A stretch of 64,000 bases of DNA from Calditrichaceae bacterium (GCA_050173015.1 JBFXLE010000013.1:38263-102262), one strand, 5' to 3'; shown: positions 8,932-19,559, counted from the stretch's first letter. Notes: generated from the letters alone by a model not told the origin. Made by a program: numbers and translations.

Positions 8932-10539
8932 TTGCAGCCAATTTTTTACAATACAAACACCATCCATCAGGATTATCTCGAAGATACCGAAAAACTAAAA
9001 GCCTTCTTCAGGCAACCATTAAACCCCGACTGGAAAAGTATCTGCGGTGACGTTCTAAAATGTGATCGACACCGGATTTTTATCAATGAATTAATCCACC
9101 AGAATCAGATGGACGCGGGCGCGAAGATATCTGAAAATATAAATCTTCTTGAAAAAAATAACACGGTTATCATAATAACAGGGCAGCAGCTTGGATTATT
9201 TGTTTCGCCGCTTTATACAATTTACAAAACTATTACAACAATCATGCTCGCGAACAAATTAAATGCCGAGAAAAACGGGTTTCATTTTGTACCTGTTTTC
9301 TGGCTGGAAACAGAAGATCATGATTTTCAGGAAGTAAATCATTTCAATTTCTGGTCTGATGACGGCACTTTAGCCAAAATAAATTATGAAGACGATCAGG
9401 GTGACAAATATGTCTCGATGGGCAGCCGTGGTCTGAATGATAAAATTATTCCAATCCTGAAACAACTGCGGGAAAATCTTCAGGAGACTGAATTTACAGC
9501 ATCTCTGGCTGAAGCGCTGGAGAGAATTTATAAACCGGGAAGACCATGGCACGAGGCTTTTTCTGACCAGATGAAGATGCTTTTTGAAGAATACGGCCTG
9601 CTGTTGTTTAATCCGTCAACAGCATCCGTAAAGGAAAAAAGTGTTAAATTTTTTGAACAAATTATCAATAAAAATTCTGAACTCTTAGAGGAAATAGCGG
9701 AGCAGTCCGGGCGTCTCGAGCAAGCAGGTTATTTTCAGCAGGTTCATGTACAGGATAATAAAAGTTATTTGTTTTATAAAACAAAAGAAGGAAAGCGTGA
9801 AGCCATAATACGGGATGGTGATTTTTTCAGAATTTTTGACCATGATGAAAAGCTCTCCGGAAACGAATTGATCAGACTGATACAATCAGATCCGGAATCA
9901 GTCTCTTCAACGGTTCTGACAAGGCCATTATGGCAAAGCTGGATGCTTCCCGTGGTTTCCTATGTTGCCGGACCCGCGGAAATCGCTTACTGGGGGCAAA
10001 TCGCTCCGGCATTTGATGCGCTTGACCTCGTCATGCCCCATTTGCAAGCAAGGATTTCGGCCACACTGATTGAACCAAAAATTCAAAGATTGCTCAATAA
10101 GTATGAAATCGATCCAAATCTCCTGCCGGCTGATGCGGATGAGTTTACGTCAGACTTTTTAAGAGCCTCGCAATTCAGGGATTTAGACGAGATTTTTACG
10201 AATCTGAAAAACACTTTTAACGAATACAGGCGAAAAATTGCCGAGAAAACCGCCATTCTTGATCCTACGGCGGTATCTCCCGTTGAAAAAGCATTTGATT
10301 CGACAGAAGCCAATATGGATCGTCTGGCCGGGAGGCTGATCAAAAAAGCCCGGGATCAGAATGAATTAATGGCCGGGCACTTTGAAACAATCTATAAAGC
10401 TATTTTTCCTGACAAACATCTGCAGGAAAGATTTATCGGCAGCATTTATTTTTTGAATAAATATGGCCCGGACTGGATTCAATCTTTGTTTGACAATTTA
10501 AAAATGGACAGCAATTCACATCAGATCATACAACTTTAA
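8932..10539 (+). CDS. bshC: Bacillithiol biosynthesis cysteine-adding enzyme BshC
   Basis: ITGQQLGLF..PLYTIYK, PVFWLETEDHDFQEVN, YVAGPAEIAYWGQ, LQER; 535 aa with coiled coil. Confidence 0.92.
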   Translation: MQPIFYNTNTIHQDYLEDTEKLKAFFRQPLNPDWKSICGDVLKCDRHRIFINELIHQNQMDAGAKISENINLLEKNNTVIIITGQQLGLFVSPLYTIYKTITTIMLANKLNAEKNGFHFVPVFWLETEDHDFQEVNHFNFWSDDGTLAKINYEDDQGDKYVSMGSRGLNDKIIPILKQLRENLQETEFTASLAEALERIYKPGRPWHEAFSDQMKMLFEEYGLLLFNPSTASVKEKSVKFFEQIINKNSELLEEIAEQSGRLEQAGYFQQVHVQDNKSYLFYKTKEGKREAIIRDGDFFRIFDHDEKLSGNELIRLIQSDPESVSSTVLTRPLWQSWMLPVVSYVAGPAEIAYWGQIAPAFDALDLVMPHLQARISATLIEPKIQRLLNKYEIDPNLLPADADEFTSDFLRASQFRDLDEIFTNLKNTFNEYRRKIAEKTAILDPTAVSPVEKAFDSTEANMDRLAGRLIKKARDQNELMAGHFETIYKAIFPDKHLQERFIGSIYFLNKYGPDWIQSLFDNLKMDSNSHQIIQL

Positions 10540-10608
10540 ATCATCCCGTGAAAGATTGCCGCGCAGGCTTAGCTTCATAGTGTATTGTTACGAGGTCGAT
10601 GGTTAATT

Positions 10609-10842
10609 ATGCCGGAAAAAAATAATGACCGGGAGTTCCCGGGGAAAAAACCGCTTTGGGAAGAGATAGCGCGTTTTACAAAGAAAAAATTTTTAATAGC
10701 CGGTTTACTTCTTCTATTAGGATTGGCCGGATTTGTTATTCCGGTAATACCGGGGGTACTGTTGATTTTGTTCGCGGTGGCTTTGCTGAAACCCGGTTTG
10801 ATGAAGAAAATACGTGAAAAATTAAAAAAATGGAATATATAA
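10609..10842 (+). CDS. Small membrane protein
   Basis: Two hydrophobic segments around VIPVIPGVLL; ATG at 10609 chosen over the upstream TTG. Confidence 0.6.
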   Translation: MPEKNNDREFPGKKPLWEEIARFTKKKFLIAGLLLLLGLAGFVIPVIPGVLLILFAVALLKPGLMKKIREKLKKWNI

Positions 10843-10846
10843 CCGC

Positions 10847-11287
10847 TTAACGCCTGACTCCGTCCAAATAAATGGTCACTTCAACGGGCTGAACGGAGCG
10901 CTTGCACCATCCTTCGGTTTCGGAGCAATGCACATAAGAAATTTCCCCTTTTACCACACATGAATCAGGCCGGGTCGCTCCGGTAAATTTGAAAAACAGC
11001 TGAAAAATTTCATCACCCGAAAAATAGGATTCGTCACTTTTTGTGTCATTCTCAACGCGGAAACCCGTATAAATCAGAGCGCAGGCGGTATCAATTAACG
11101 CGAAACCAATTTCGGGTTCTCTGTTGAGATGTTGATGCTCGCCGGTAATCATTTTTAAAGGAAGTATCATTTTATTGTTATTATCGACGATGATTTTGTC
11201 GGTATCCGTTTCGAAATGGAGATCTTCGGCAAAGATAAAGCCGGCTAAAATCAATATAATTGAGAGAGCGGTGAATATATACTTCAT
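10847..11287 (-). CDS. Secreted protein resembling the DsbD N-terminal domain
   Basis: Signal peptide; C-terminal G.ISYVHCSETEGWC Cys pair. Confidence 0.5.
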   Translation of the reverse strand: MKYIFTALSIILILAGFIFAEDLHFETDTDKIIVDNNNKMILPLKMITGEHQHLNREPEIGFALIDTACALIYTGFRVENDTKSDESYFSGDEIFQLFFKFTGATRPDSCVVKGEISYVHCSETEGWCKRSVQPVEVTIYLDGVRR

Positions 11288-11296
11288 TATTAATTC

Positions 11297-12325
11297 CTAA
11301 TATTTAGCTAAATCAGCGTTCACCATATTGAGCATCAACGCTTTTTCACGCATGGGTAAAAACGCGCTTTTAAATCCGCCTACGATGATATCCTTCAAAC
11401 CCTCCACATCAAGGTCGGCATATTTGGCGGCCAGATAAAGTTCATCTGTCATGGTCGTATTTGAAATCAACCGGTTATCGGTGTTGATCGTCACGCGAAG
11501 CCCGTAATCATAATAAAACTTTAAAGGATGGTTCTTAAATGATGTTGCCGCTTTTGTCTGAATATTGCTCGTAAGGCATATTTCCATGGGAATTCGATGG
11601 TCGTTTACAAAATTAAGTAAATCGCCGTTTTCTTTTAACCGGGTTCCGTGGCCGATTCTGTGAGCGCCGCAATAATGGATGGCCTGATGAATACTTTCCG
11701 GTCCATAGGCTTCCCCGGCATGGGCCGTGCAATTGATGTTGTTATTTAAAATCAGATAAAATGCCTCACGATGATGTTTCGCGGGAAAGTTTTCCTCGGC
11801 TCCGGCAAGATCAAATCCGACCACACCCTGATTTTTGTAAGCGACTGACAGTTCCGCCAGGAGGATAGATGTTTCCGGATTAATATTGCGCATACCGCAG
11901 ATGATAACACCTGTTTTAATATGGTATTTTCTCTCAGCCTCTTTTAAACCATGAAGCACCGCGTCCACAACGTCCGGGAGATTCATGCCCTTATTCGTAT
12001 GCAGAATGGGGGAATATCTAACCTCAAGATACCAGATATTTTCCATTGCCGCGTCCTCGGCGAGTTCAAATGCCGCTCTTTTCAGCGCTTCAAATTCCTG
12101 CAGTACTGAAAGCGTGATATCAAAGGGGCGAAGGTATTCCACCAGGCTTTTGCATTGCAGGCCGGGGACCAGAAGACGGGTTAAATCTTCTTTATTATCC
12201 GCGGGCAATTTTACATTTTGAATTTTTGCGAGGTCCAAAATTGTGTCCACTCTCATACTTCCGTCCAAATGACAGTGCAGGTCTGTTTTTGGCATTTGGC
12301 GAATGAGTTTTTTATCTATTTCCAT
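11297..12325 (-). CDS. add: Adenosine deaminase
   Basis: PKTDLHCHLDGS, GFDLAGAE, HAGE, RIGHG, EICLTSN, NTDN. Confidence 0.95.
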   Translation of the reverse strand: MEIDKKLIRQMPKTDLHCHLDGSMRVDTILDLAKIQNVKLPADNKEDLTRLLVPGLQCKSLVEYLRPFDITLSVLQEFEALKRAAFELAEDAAMENIWYLEVRYSPILHTNKGMNLPDVVDAVLHGLKEAERKYHIKTGVIICGMRNINPETSILLAELSVAYKNQGVVGFDLAGAEENFPAKHHREAFYLILNNNINCTAHAGEAYGPESIHQAIHYCGAHRIGHGTRLKENGDLLNFVNDHRIPMEICLTSNIQTKAATSFKNHPLKFYYDYGLRVTINTDNRLISNTTMTDELYLAAKYADLDVEGLKDIIVGGFKSAFLPMREKALMLNMVNADLAKY

Positions 12326-12334
12326 GAAAGCCTC

Positions 12335-12913
12335 TTATTTGTAATAATTTGTATTTATAAATGGGGTCATCGCGGTGATCAGAGCAGATTCAAAAGCCCC
12401 TGTTCTGGTAATCAGGTTATTCGTTAATATACCGAATGCGCCTTCCCTGGACCGGACATCTTCCTGACCGCTAACCTCATCGATTATTTCTGATAGCTCT
12501 CTCTTCTTTTCATATAACTGCGCTTCAATGGAGACCGGTAGAGGAAGTCCCGGGGAGCAGCCAAAATATCCCTCAATACCGTTAAAAATATAGACCCAGC
12601 TTTGTAAAAAGACGTGATGTTTACTGTTTTGAGTAAAATCTAACCGATATGTTCCGCCTTCCATCCCAATGGCGTAATCCACTGCTCGATCTTGTTTTTT
12701 TAATAAATCAAATACAACATGAGCTCTTTCTGACGCGCCATTTAATAAATGTTCCAGTGAAAGCGGCATATCGGGAACCGTGGTTTCAGCATTAAGTGGA
12801 ATGAATTCTATTTTTGAATGGATGACTCCGGGAAATTTTCCACTTAATATTTTGAAAGCACTTTTACAGGCATTTACCTTAGCGTCATTTGTTGATCCGA
12901 TTCCCACAATCAT
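12335..12913 (-). CDS. yjjX: Inosine/xanthosine triphosphatase (YjjX/DUF84 family)
   Basis: GSTNDAKV, VPDMP, GASERA, GMEGG, GAFGILT. Confidence 0.85.
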   Translation of the reverse strand: MIVGIGSTNDAKVNACKSAFKILSGKFPGVIHSKIEFIPLNAETTVPDMPLSLEHLLNGASERAHVVFDLLKKQDRAVDYAIGMEGGTYRLDFTQNSKHHVFLQSWVYIFNGIEGYFGCSPGLPLPVSIEAQLYEKKRELSEIIDEVSGQEDVRSREGAFGILTNNLITRTGAFESALITAMTPFINTNYYK

Positions 12914-13833
12914 TATTGTACTGCTTGAGTTGTGTCGCTTTCTGACGGACTCATTTCCTCTTCCTGAATGTCATCTGTCTGCATATCTTCTTCAGGCTCA
13001 ATTTCAGGGGAAACATCGGTTTTTGATGATTCTTCATCCGTCTTCCGCTCTTCCGGCACAATTTGCTTTAGATCGGATGACGTGGCTTTTTCCAATGGCA
13101 CAACTTCATCACTCCCTGATGAAACCGGTTTCGCGCTGGTTTCAGAAGTGATGCCAAGCTGCTCTTTATAATTTTTTAATGATGTAGCGTCGGTCGGTAA
13201 TTCCTTCGAATCTTCCGGATTTACAAGTTTTATCCGGGCGAGAATGCTATACATTGATTCAGGGAACAGAACGGGCACCTTTTTATATTCAATTACCGCG
13301 TCATCTGTCCTGCCTGTCTTAGCCTTTACGAGCGCCTTGCGGTATTGAGCTTCCGATTTGCTGAACTGATCGTCGCTGTCAGGATACTTTACCGCCTTTT
13401 CATAATATCGGATGGCCAGTTGGTAATCACTGGAATCGGATGTGACGATCCCGGGGTTAAACAAAGCGGCGCGTTCATAAAATCTGCCGATTTGCGTATA
13501 AATTCGGGGCACTCGGTCAGGGATGATATTTTCTTTTAAAAGCCGCAGAAGAAGATCCATTTGTTCTTCATATTTATCCATTGCTCCGTATGAATCCGCC
13601 ATCCTTAACTGCGTTTCGATATGAAGATCGGAGGTTGGAAATTTTAACAAAAGAGATTCATAAGTATTTATTGCCTCGTTATACTTTCCGGCGTTGAATT
13701 GTTCATTCCCTGCCTGAAGTAATTCTTCAGCGGTAATTTGCTCCGATTCAATCCCCTTTTTTTTACCGAAGATGCATCCGGTCGCAAAGATCAGAGTAAG
13801 AGCAAGGATAGATGCCATTTTTAGGTATTTCAT
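12913..13833 (-). CDS. TPR lipoprotein (BamD-like N-terminus, acidic disordered tail)
   Basis: AGGAG RBS before ATG 13833; lipobox ATGC; TPR-like helices such as YNEAINTYESLLLKFP. Confidence 0.7.
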   Translation of the reverse strand: MKYLKMASILALTLIFATGCIFGKKKGIESEQITAEELLQAGNEQFNAGKYNEAINTYESLLLKFPTSDLHIETQLRMADSYGAMDKYEEQMDLLLRLLKENIIPDRVPRIYTQIGRFYERAALFNPGIVTSDSSDYQLAIRYYEKAVKYPDSDDQFSKSEAQYRKALVKAKTGRTDDAVIEYKKVPVLFPESMYSILARIKLVNPEDSKELPTDATSLKNYKEQLGITSETSAKPVSSGSDEVVPLEKATSSDLKQIVPEERKTDEESSKTDVSPEIEPEEDMQTDDIQEEEMSPSESDTTQAVQ

Positions 13834-13862
13834 GGTTTTATCTCCTGAAATAGATAATAATT

Positions 13863-15167
13863 TCATAATACCGCCGCATAGCTGTTAACTGAGTGAATAA
13901 TCTCAAGTTCATTTAATGTCAGTAATTCTCTGTTTTTCATCAGCCATTTGCCATCGGTCATCACATGTTTCACGTCTTCAGCTTTTGACGAATAAACCAT
14001 TTTTGAATAGATATCTTCGTACGGAACGGAATGAACTTGATTTAAATCTATGAATGAAAGATCAGCTTTCTTTCCTTCTTCTATACTGCCAATGGTATTC
14101 TGCATGCCAAGAGTCTTCGCGCCGTTTATGGTAGCCATTTTAAACACTTCAAAAGCCGGCATTGAAGCGGGGCCGTATTTGGGCTTTTGAATGAGAGCCG
14201 CGAGACGCATCTCGTTAAAGATGTCCAGGTTGTTATTGCAGGGCGCTCCGTCCGCGCCGAGAGAAACAGTTATCCCATCGGCAAGATAGTCCGGTATGGG
14301 AGCGATACCTGAAGCGAGTTTCAGATTCGCGGATGGACAGTGAAGCACTTTTATATTTTTTTCCTTTAATAGAGCGCGCTCATCTTTATCGGTCCATATA
14401 CAGTGAGCAAGACAGAGTTTTTCGTCGGCGACACCCAGTTTTTCAAACAGTTGGATGTTTGAAACTCCGAAACGTTCACGGACCAGGTTCACTTCATCGA
14501 TGTTTTCTGACGCGTGTGTGTGGTAGAGAACGTCATATTCCCGCGAAAGTCTGCCTGTTTCCGTTAAAAGGTCGTCCGAACAGGACAGCGCGAACCGCGG
14601 CGCGAAGGCATACTGCAAACGTCCGTCATCAAAGAGATGCCATTTTTTTAATAATCTTAAACTTTCATCAATACTCCAGGCGGTCTCTTCCTTAAGTTTT
14701 TCCGGGAGATTGCCGTAATCCATCATCGCTTTACCGGCAAAAGCGCGCAATCCCGATTCCGCGAGCGCCCGGAATATCATATCCTGATGATTCACCGTAC
14801 CCATATCAAGAATCGTAGTTGTACCGGATTTAATTAATTCGGCGATACCAAGTCTGGCGCTCAATTCCAGGCTCTCAGGAGTGTGTCCGGCTTCAAAAGG
14901 CCAGATTTTTTTCTGCAGCCAGTCAAGCAGTCGCAAATCATCCGCCATATTCCGGAACAATACCTGACATAAATGTATATGTGTTTGGATAAATCCCGGA
15001 ACAACTGCCAGGTTTTCAGCATTGAACACTTCATGACAAGGCTCATCAATGTTCTTTGCAATGCGGATAATCCGGCGGTCTTCGACCAGAATGTCTCCGG
15101 TCAGAATTTCACTTTCAGGATTCATGGTAACGATCAGGGCATTTTTAATAAGAATTTTTTGAGACAT
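13863..15167 (-). CDS. Amidohydrolase, MTA/SAH/5'-deoxyadenosine deaminase-like
   Basis: PGFIQTHIH, HTHASE, LAHCIW, HCPSANLKLASG, LGADGAPCNN. Confidence 0.85.
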   Translation of the reverse strand: MSQKILIKNALIVTMNPESEILTGDILVEDRRIIRIAKNIDEPCHEVFNAENLAVVPGFIQTHIHLCQVLFRNMADDLRLLDWLQKKIWPFEAGHTPESLELSARLGIAELIKSGTTTILDMGTVNHQDMIFRALAESGLRAFAGKAMMDYGNLPEKLKEETAWSIDESLRLLKKWHLFDDGRLQYAFAPRFALSCSDDLLTETGRLSREYDVLYHTHASENIDEVNLVRERFGVSNIQLFEKLGVADEKLCLAHCIWTDKDERALLKEKNIKVLHCPSANLKLASGIAPIPDYLADGITVSLGADGAPCNNNLDIFNEMRLAALIQKPKYGPASMPAFEVFKMATINGAKTLGMQNTIGSIEEGKKADLSFIDLNQVHSVPYEDIYSKMVYSSKAEDVKHVMTDGKWLMKNRELLTLNELEIIHSVNSYAAVL

Positions 15168-15284
15168 TTTCTAAGCGTAACCCTATGTAAATAAAAAAAT
15201 AATATAAACGATAGCCATATTTTTATCAAGTGAAAAAAGTGATCCGGGCTTTCCGGGAGGCATATCCATGAACCCGCTTTGTCC

Positions 15285-15313
15285 TTGACATATAAAGGTA
15301 GATTAATTAAATT
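15285..15313 (+). promoter_or_regulatory. sigma70-type promoter of the gap operon
   Basis: TTGACA-17 bp-TAAATT. Confidence 0.55.
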
Positions 15314-15373
15314 TAATATTTACGTAAACCTAATAAATACAAAATCTTTCCATAATTGAGAAGGAGAATAGAA

Positions 15374-16375
15374 ATGAGTGTACGTGTTGCTATAAATGGC
15401 TTTGGAAGAATTGGCAGGCTTGTGTTCAAGGCAAGTCATAAAGACCCTGAAATTGAAATAGTCGCGATCAATGATCTGACTGACGCTAAAACACTGGCTC
15501 ATCTATTGAAATATGATTCGGTACATGGGCGTTATCCGGAACCTGTAAAACATGACGGTGTTTATCTGATCGCCGGAAAACACAAAGTAAAAGTGCTTGC
15601 CGAAAAGGACCCGGCAAATCTGCCGTGGAAAGAACTGAATATTGATATCGTGATTGAATCAACGGGTGTTTTCCGTTCACGCGCGAAGATTGAGAGTCAT
15701 TTAAAGGCCGGAGCTAAAAAAGTAATACTCACCGTACCGGCAAAAGATGAAATTGATAATACCATCGTCATGGGTGTTAATGACAATACTTTAAAAGCTT
15801 CTGATAAAATTGTTTCAAACGCTTCCTGCACCACCAACTGTCTTGGCCCTATCGCCAAGGTATTGCATGAAAACTTCGGCATCAAACGCGGATTAATGAC
15901 AACGATTCATTCATATACAAACGACCAGAAAATATTAGATTTGCCGCATAGTGATCTGCGACGCGCCAGAGCCGCGGGTGTAAGTATGATTCCGACAACC
16001 ACGGGCGCCGCAAGGGCTGTCGGTAAAGTGATTCCGGAACTAAACGGCAAACTGGACGGTATGGCGTTGCGTGTGCCTACAAGCGATGGTTCAATTGTTG
16101 ATCTGGTTGCCGAATTGAATAAAAACGTAACGGTTGAAGAAGTCAATGCCGCGATGAAGAAAGCGTCAGAAGGTTCTTTGAAAGGTTACCTTGAATATTG
16201 TGAAGATCCGATTGTGTCGGTTGATATCATTGGCAACCCGCACTCAAGCATCTTTGACAGTCTTTCCACCAGTGTCATGGACGGTAATTTTGTAAAGGTA
16301 CTGTCATGGTATGACAATGAATGGGGATATTCAAGCAGAACGGTTGACCTGATCAAAAGAATGGCCAGTCTGTAG
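15374..16375 (+). CDS. gap: Glyceraldehyde-3-phosphate dehydrogenase
   Basis: INGFGRIGR, SNASCTTNCL, WYDNEWGYS; AAGGAG RBS before ATG 15374. Confidence 0.98.
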   Translation: MSVRVAINGFGRIGRLVFKASHKDPEIEIVAINDLTDAKTLAHLLKYDSVHGRYPEPVKHDGVYLIAGKHKVKVLAEKDPANLPWKELNIDIVIESTGVFRSRAKIESHLKAGAKKVILTVPAKDEIDNTIVMGVNDNTLKASDKIVSNASCTTNCLGPIAKVLHENFGIKRGLMTTIHSYTNDQKILDLPHSDLRRARAAGVSMIPTTTGAARAVGKVIPELNGKLDGMALRVPTSDGSIVDLVAELNKNVTVEEVNAAMKKASEGSLKGYLEYCEDPIVSVDIIGNPHSSIFDSLSTSVMDGNFVKVLSWYDNEWGYSSRTVDLIKRMASL

Positions 16376-16393
16376 GATTTATGTGGATAAATG

Positions 16394-16423
16394 AGGCTGT
16401 CTGTTTCAGATGGCCTTTTTTTT
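16394..16423 (+). terminator. Intra-operon terminator-like hairpin between gap and pgk
   Basis: AGGCTGTCTG-TTT-CAGATGGCCT followed by a T run. Confidence 0.6.
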
Positions 16424-16441
16424 GCATCGAAGGAGAAAATC

Positions 16442-17638
16442 ATGGCAAAGCTCACAATTGATAAGATGAATTTTAAGGGTAAAAAGGTTCTGGTTCGTTG
16501 TGATTTTAATGTCCCTCTGGATAAGGATTTGAAAATAACAGATGACCGGAGAATTGCAGCTTCTCTGCCCACAATAAAAAAAATCATCTCAGACGGCGGC
16601 AGCGCGGTTTTATGCAGCCACCTGGGACGTCCAAAAGGGGTCGCAAAGGACGAAATGCGATTAAAGCCTGTGGCGGAGCGCCTCGCGGAGCTGCTTGGAC
16701 ACGATGTAATCATGGCTCCGGATTGTATAGGTGACAGCGTTAAAATACTAAAAAGTAATCTGAAAAACGGTGATATACTTTTGCTGGAAAATTTACGATT
16801 TCACAAGGAAGAAACGGAGAATGATCCTGCATTTGCGGCTAAATTGGCCGAAGACTTAGATATATATGTAAACGACGCGTTTGGGACTGCTCACAGGGCG
16901 CACGCATCGACGGAAGGTGTGACAAAATATTTTGATCAATCCGCGGCGGGATATCTTATCGAAAAAGAATTAAATTATCTCGGCGGAGCCATAGAGACTC
17001 CCATAAGACCTCTGGTGGCAATACTCGGAGGAGCAAAGATATCCGGAAAAATCGATGTTATTAAAAACCTGTTTAATAAGGTTGACGCGTTGATCATCGG
17101 TGGTGGAATGATGTTTACATTCTATAAATCCCGGGGACAGGAGATAGGAAAGTCATTGCTCGAGGAAGATAAACTTGATCTGGCCGGGGAGATTCTGGAT
17201 GAAGCGCAAAAGAGGAATGTAAAACTGCTGCTGCCGACCGATGTGGTTGTCGCCGATAAATTTGATAACGAAGCCGTCAGGAAAGTGGTACCGGCAAATT
17301 CAATACCGGAGAACTTCCTGGGCATGGATATCGGTCCTGAATCGCTAAAACTGTTTGCTTCCGTTATAGAAAGCGCGAAGACGATCATCTGGAACGGGCC
17401 GATGGGTGTTTTTGAGATGCCTAACTTTGCCGACGGTACACGGAAAATTGCCAAAGCAATGGCGGACGCGACCGCTAAGGGCGCGATAACGATAGTCGGC
17501 GGAGGAGATTCCGCCGCGGCGGTAAGCCAATTCGGGATGGATGAGCAGTTTTCACACATATCCACGGGCGGAGGGGCGTCGCTGGAATTTCTGGAAGGCA
17601 AAGAACTGCCGGGTATATCAGCGTTAACCGATATTTAA
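16442..17638 (+). CDS. pgk: Phosphoglycerate kinase
   Basis: [52 protein letters not shown]. Confidence 0.98.
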   Translation: MAKLTIDKMNFKGKKVLVRCDFNVPLDKDLKITDDRRIAASLPTIKKIISDGGSAVLCSHLGRPKGVAKDEMRLKPVAERLAELLGHDVIMAPDCIGDSVKILKSNLKNGDILLLENLRFHKEETENDPAFAAKLAEDLDIYVNDAFGTAHRAHASTEGVTKYFDQSAAGYLIEKELNYLGGAIETPIRPLVAILGGAKISGKIDVIKNLFNKVDALIIGGGMMFTFYKSRGQEIGKSLLEEDKLDLAGEILDEAQKRNVKLLLPTDVVVADKFDNEAVRKVVPANSIPENFLGMDIGPESLKLFASVIESAKTIIWNGPMGVFEMPNFADGTRKIAKAMADATAKGAITIVGGGDSAAAVSQFGMDEQFSHISTGGGASLEFLEGKELPGISALTDI

Positions 17639-17657
17639 AGTGGGAGAAGAGGATAAG

Positions 17658-18422
17658 ATGAAAAGAAACAAAGTCATTGCCGGAAACTGGAAAATGTATA
17701 AGACCAATTCGGAAGCGATCCAGTTGGCGAATCAAATCCGTATTAAAACCACAGACATAAAAAGGACACAAATGATCCTGTGCCCGCCTTTTACAGCTTT
17801 GTCGGTTGTTTCGGAGGTAATTAAAGAGAGTCCGATCGCTCTCGGCGCGCAAAATATGTACTGGGAAAAAGAAGGAGCGTTTACGGGTGAGATCAGCGCC
17901 GGTATGATTAAAAGCGCCGGGGCTAATTACGTTATTCTGGGACATTCGGAACGCCGGCAGTACTACGGGGAAACGGATGAAACGGTGAATAAGAAGGTTA
18001 AATATGCCCTTGATAACGGCTTAAAAACCATTGTTTGTGTAGGCGAATCCCTTGAACAACGTGAATCCAATATCACCAAAAAAGTAGTTCAAAAACAGAT
18101 TCGCGGCGCGTTCGCCGATCTGACTGCGGAAGATCTGTCCCATATTATAGTCGCCTATGAACCGATCTGGGCGATAGGAACAGGAAAAACCGCCAGTCCG
18201 GAACAAGCTCAGGAAGTGCATTATGAAATCCGTATGCTGATCAGTGAAATGTATGGTGAACAGGCCGCTGGAAAATTAGTAATACAGTACGGAGGAAGTG
18301 TGAAGCCCGAAAACGCGGAGACGCTGTTGTCGCAGCCGGATATTGACGGCGCGCTGGTTGGCGGCGCTTGCCTCGTGGCGGAATCTTTCTCATCCATTAT
18401 TCATACGGCAGAAAAATTGTAA
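17658..18422 (+). CDS. tpiA: Triosephosphate isomerase
   Basis: AGNWKM, GHSERR, AYEPIWAIGTG, YGGSV, LVGGA. Confidence 0.98.
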   Translation: MKRNKVIAGNWKMYKTNSEAIQLANQIRIKTTDIKRTQMILCPPFTALSVVSEVIKESPIALGAQNMYWEKEGAFTGEISAGMIKSAGANYVILGHSERRQYYGETDETVNKKVKYALDNGLKTIVCVGESLEQRESNITKKVVQKQIRGAFADLTAEDLSHIIVAYEPIWAIGTGKTASPEQAQEVHYEIRMLISEMYGEQAAGKLVIQYGGSVKPENAETLLSQPDIDGALVGGACLVAESFSSIIHTAEKL

Positions 18423-18499
18423 TATTATCATAAAAGCACTTGATACTTTATGATATATTATTTAAATTAAAAGCTTTGATTTTAACCGGAGCGCGATAG

Positions 18500-18853
18500 A
18501 TGTATACATTTCTGATAATTTTGTTTGTCTTGCTGAGTTTTTCCATGGTCGTAGTAATTCTTTTACAGGCCGGAAAAGGTCAGGGTCTTGCCGGATCAAT
18601 CGGTGGTGGAATGGGTGGCAGTTCAGTTTTTGGTGGTAGAGGCGCGGCTGATTTTCTTAGTAAATCTACTACATGGATAGCCGCGGCGTATATGATTCTG
18701 GCAATTTTGATAGGATTTCTTTATAAATCGGAAGCTGAGACCACTCAGAAGAGCCTGATTCAGCAACGTGTCGAGGAACAGCAGTCATTGCCGGCCTCGA
18801 ATATTCCTGTTGCACCGCTCCCTGAGACCGAACAGCCTTCACCGAATAATTAG
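18500..18853 (+). CDS. secG: Preprotein translocase subunit SecG
   Basis: ILLQAGKGQGL..GG..FG...FLSK with two TM helices; conserved tpiA-secG-tRNA-Leu order. Confidence 0.93.
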   Translation: MYTFLIILFVLLSFSMVVVILLQAGKGQGLAGSIGGGMGGSSVFGGRGAADFLSKSTTWIAAAYMILAILIGFLYKSEAETTQKSLIQQRVEEQQSLPASNIPVAPLPETEQPSPNN

Positions 18854-18861
18854 TTTTTGCT

Positions 18862-18947
18862 GCTGGAGTGGTGGAATTTGGTAGACACGCTATCTTGAGG
18901 GGGTAGTGGGTGAGATACCCGTGCGGGTTCAAGTCCCGCCTCCAGCA
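18862..18947 (+). tRNA. tRNA-Leu (anticodon GAG)
   Basis: Acceptor stem GCTGGAG/CTCCAGC; anticodon arm CTATC-TTGAGGG-GGTAG; long variable arm; T loop GGTTCAAGTCC. Confidence 0.95.
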
Positions 18948-18989
18948 CAATTTAAATATTTAACGACTGCTTCTTAATCTCTTATTTTA

Positions 18990-19559
18990 ATGGCATTTTC
19001 TATGCTGGTTCAATTTTTTCAAAGAGTTGATACTTTACTGTTTTACATCATAAACGTACATCTGGCCAATCCAATTTCAGACTGGATCATGCCGATTATC
19101 ACCAATAAATATACCTGGCTTCCTGTATGGGCCATTCTTGTGGTTGGTTTAATCTGGAAGGGTGGAGTGAAGGGGAGATGGGCCGTTCTGATAGCGATTC
19201 TTGCCGTTGCTCTGGCGGATCAGATCGTAAATGAGTTAATGAAGCCCTATTTTCAGCGCATCAGACCTTGTAATGTACTTGAAAATATAAACCTGCTCGG
19301 GAATAAGAAATCATCAAAATCCATGCCTTCCTCCCATGCCGCTAATTTCTTTGCTTTGGCAACTGTTTTTTCCTGGTTTTACAGGAAATATCAGTGGTAT
19401 TTCTGGTTTTTTGCAACACTGGTGGCGTATTCCAGGGTTGCTGTCGGTGTTCATTATCCCTTCGATGTGATTGTCGGCGCGATTTGCGGAATATTGTTTG
19501 GATTGACCGTTGTATATCTTGCCAGGCGTTTCCCCACCTTTGTACGTCAGGTTCGATAA
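18990..19559 (+). CDS. PAP2-family membrane phosphatase
   Basis: K-x6-RP, PSSHA, SRVAVGVHYPFD. Confidence 0.92.
   Translation: MAFSMLVQFFQRVDTLLFYIINVHLANPISDWIMPIITNKYTWLPVWAILVVGLIWKGGVKGRWAVLIAILAVALADQIVNELMKPYFQRIRPCNVLENINLLGNKKSSKSMPSSHAANFFALATVFSWFYRKYQWYFWFFATLVAYSRVAVGVHYPFDVIVGAICGILFGLTVVYLARRFPTFVRQVR

Noticed and set aside
16382-16390. Perfect DnaA box (TGTGGATAA) between gap and pgk
   Set aside because: A single 9-mer is expected by chance in a window this size; there is no box cluster or nearby dnaA.
18669-18950. 93-aa minus-strand ORF
   Set aside because: It is the antisense reading of tRNA-Leu and secG.
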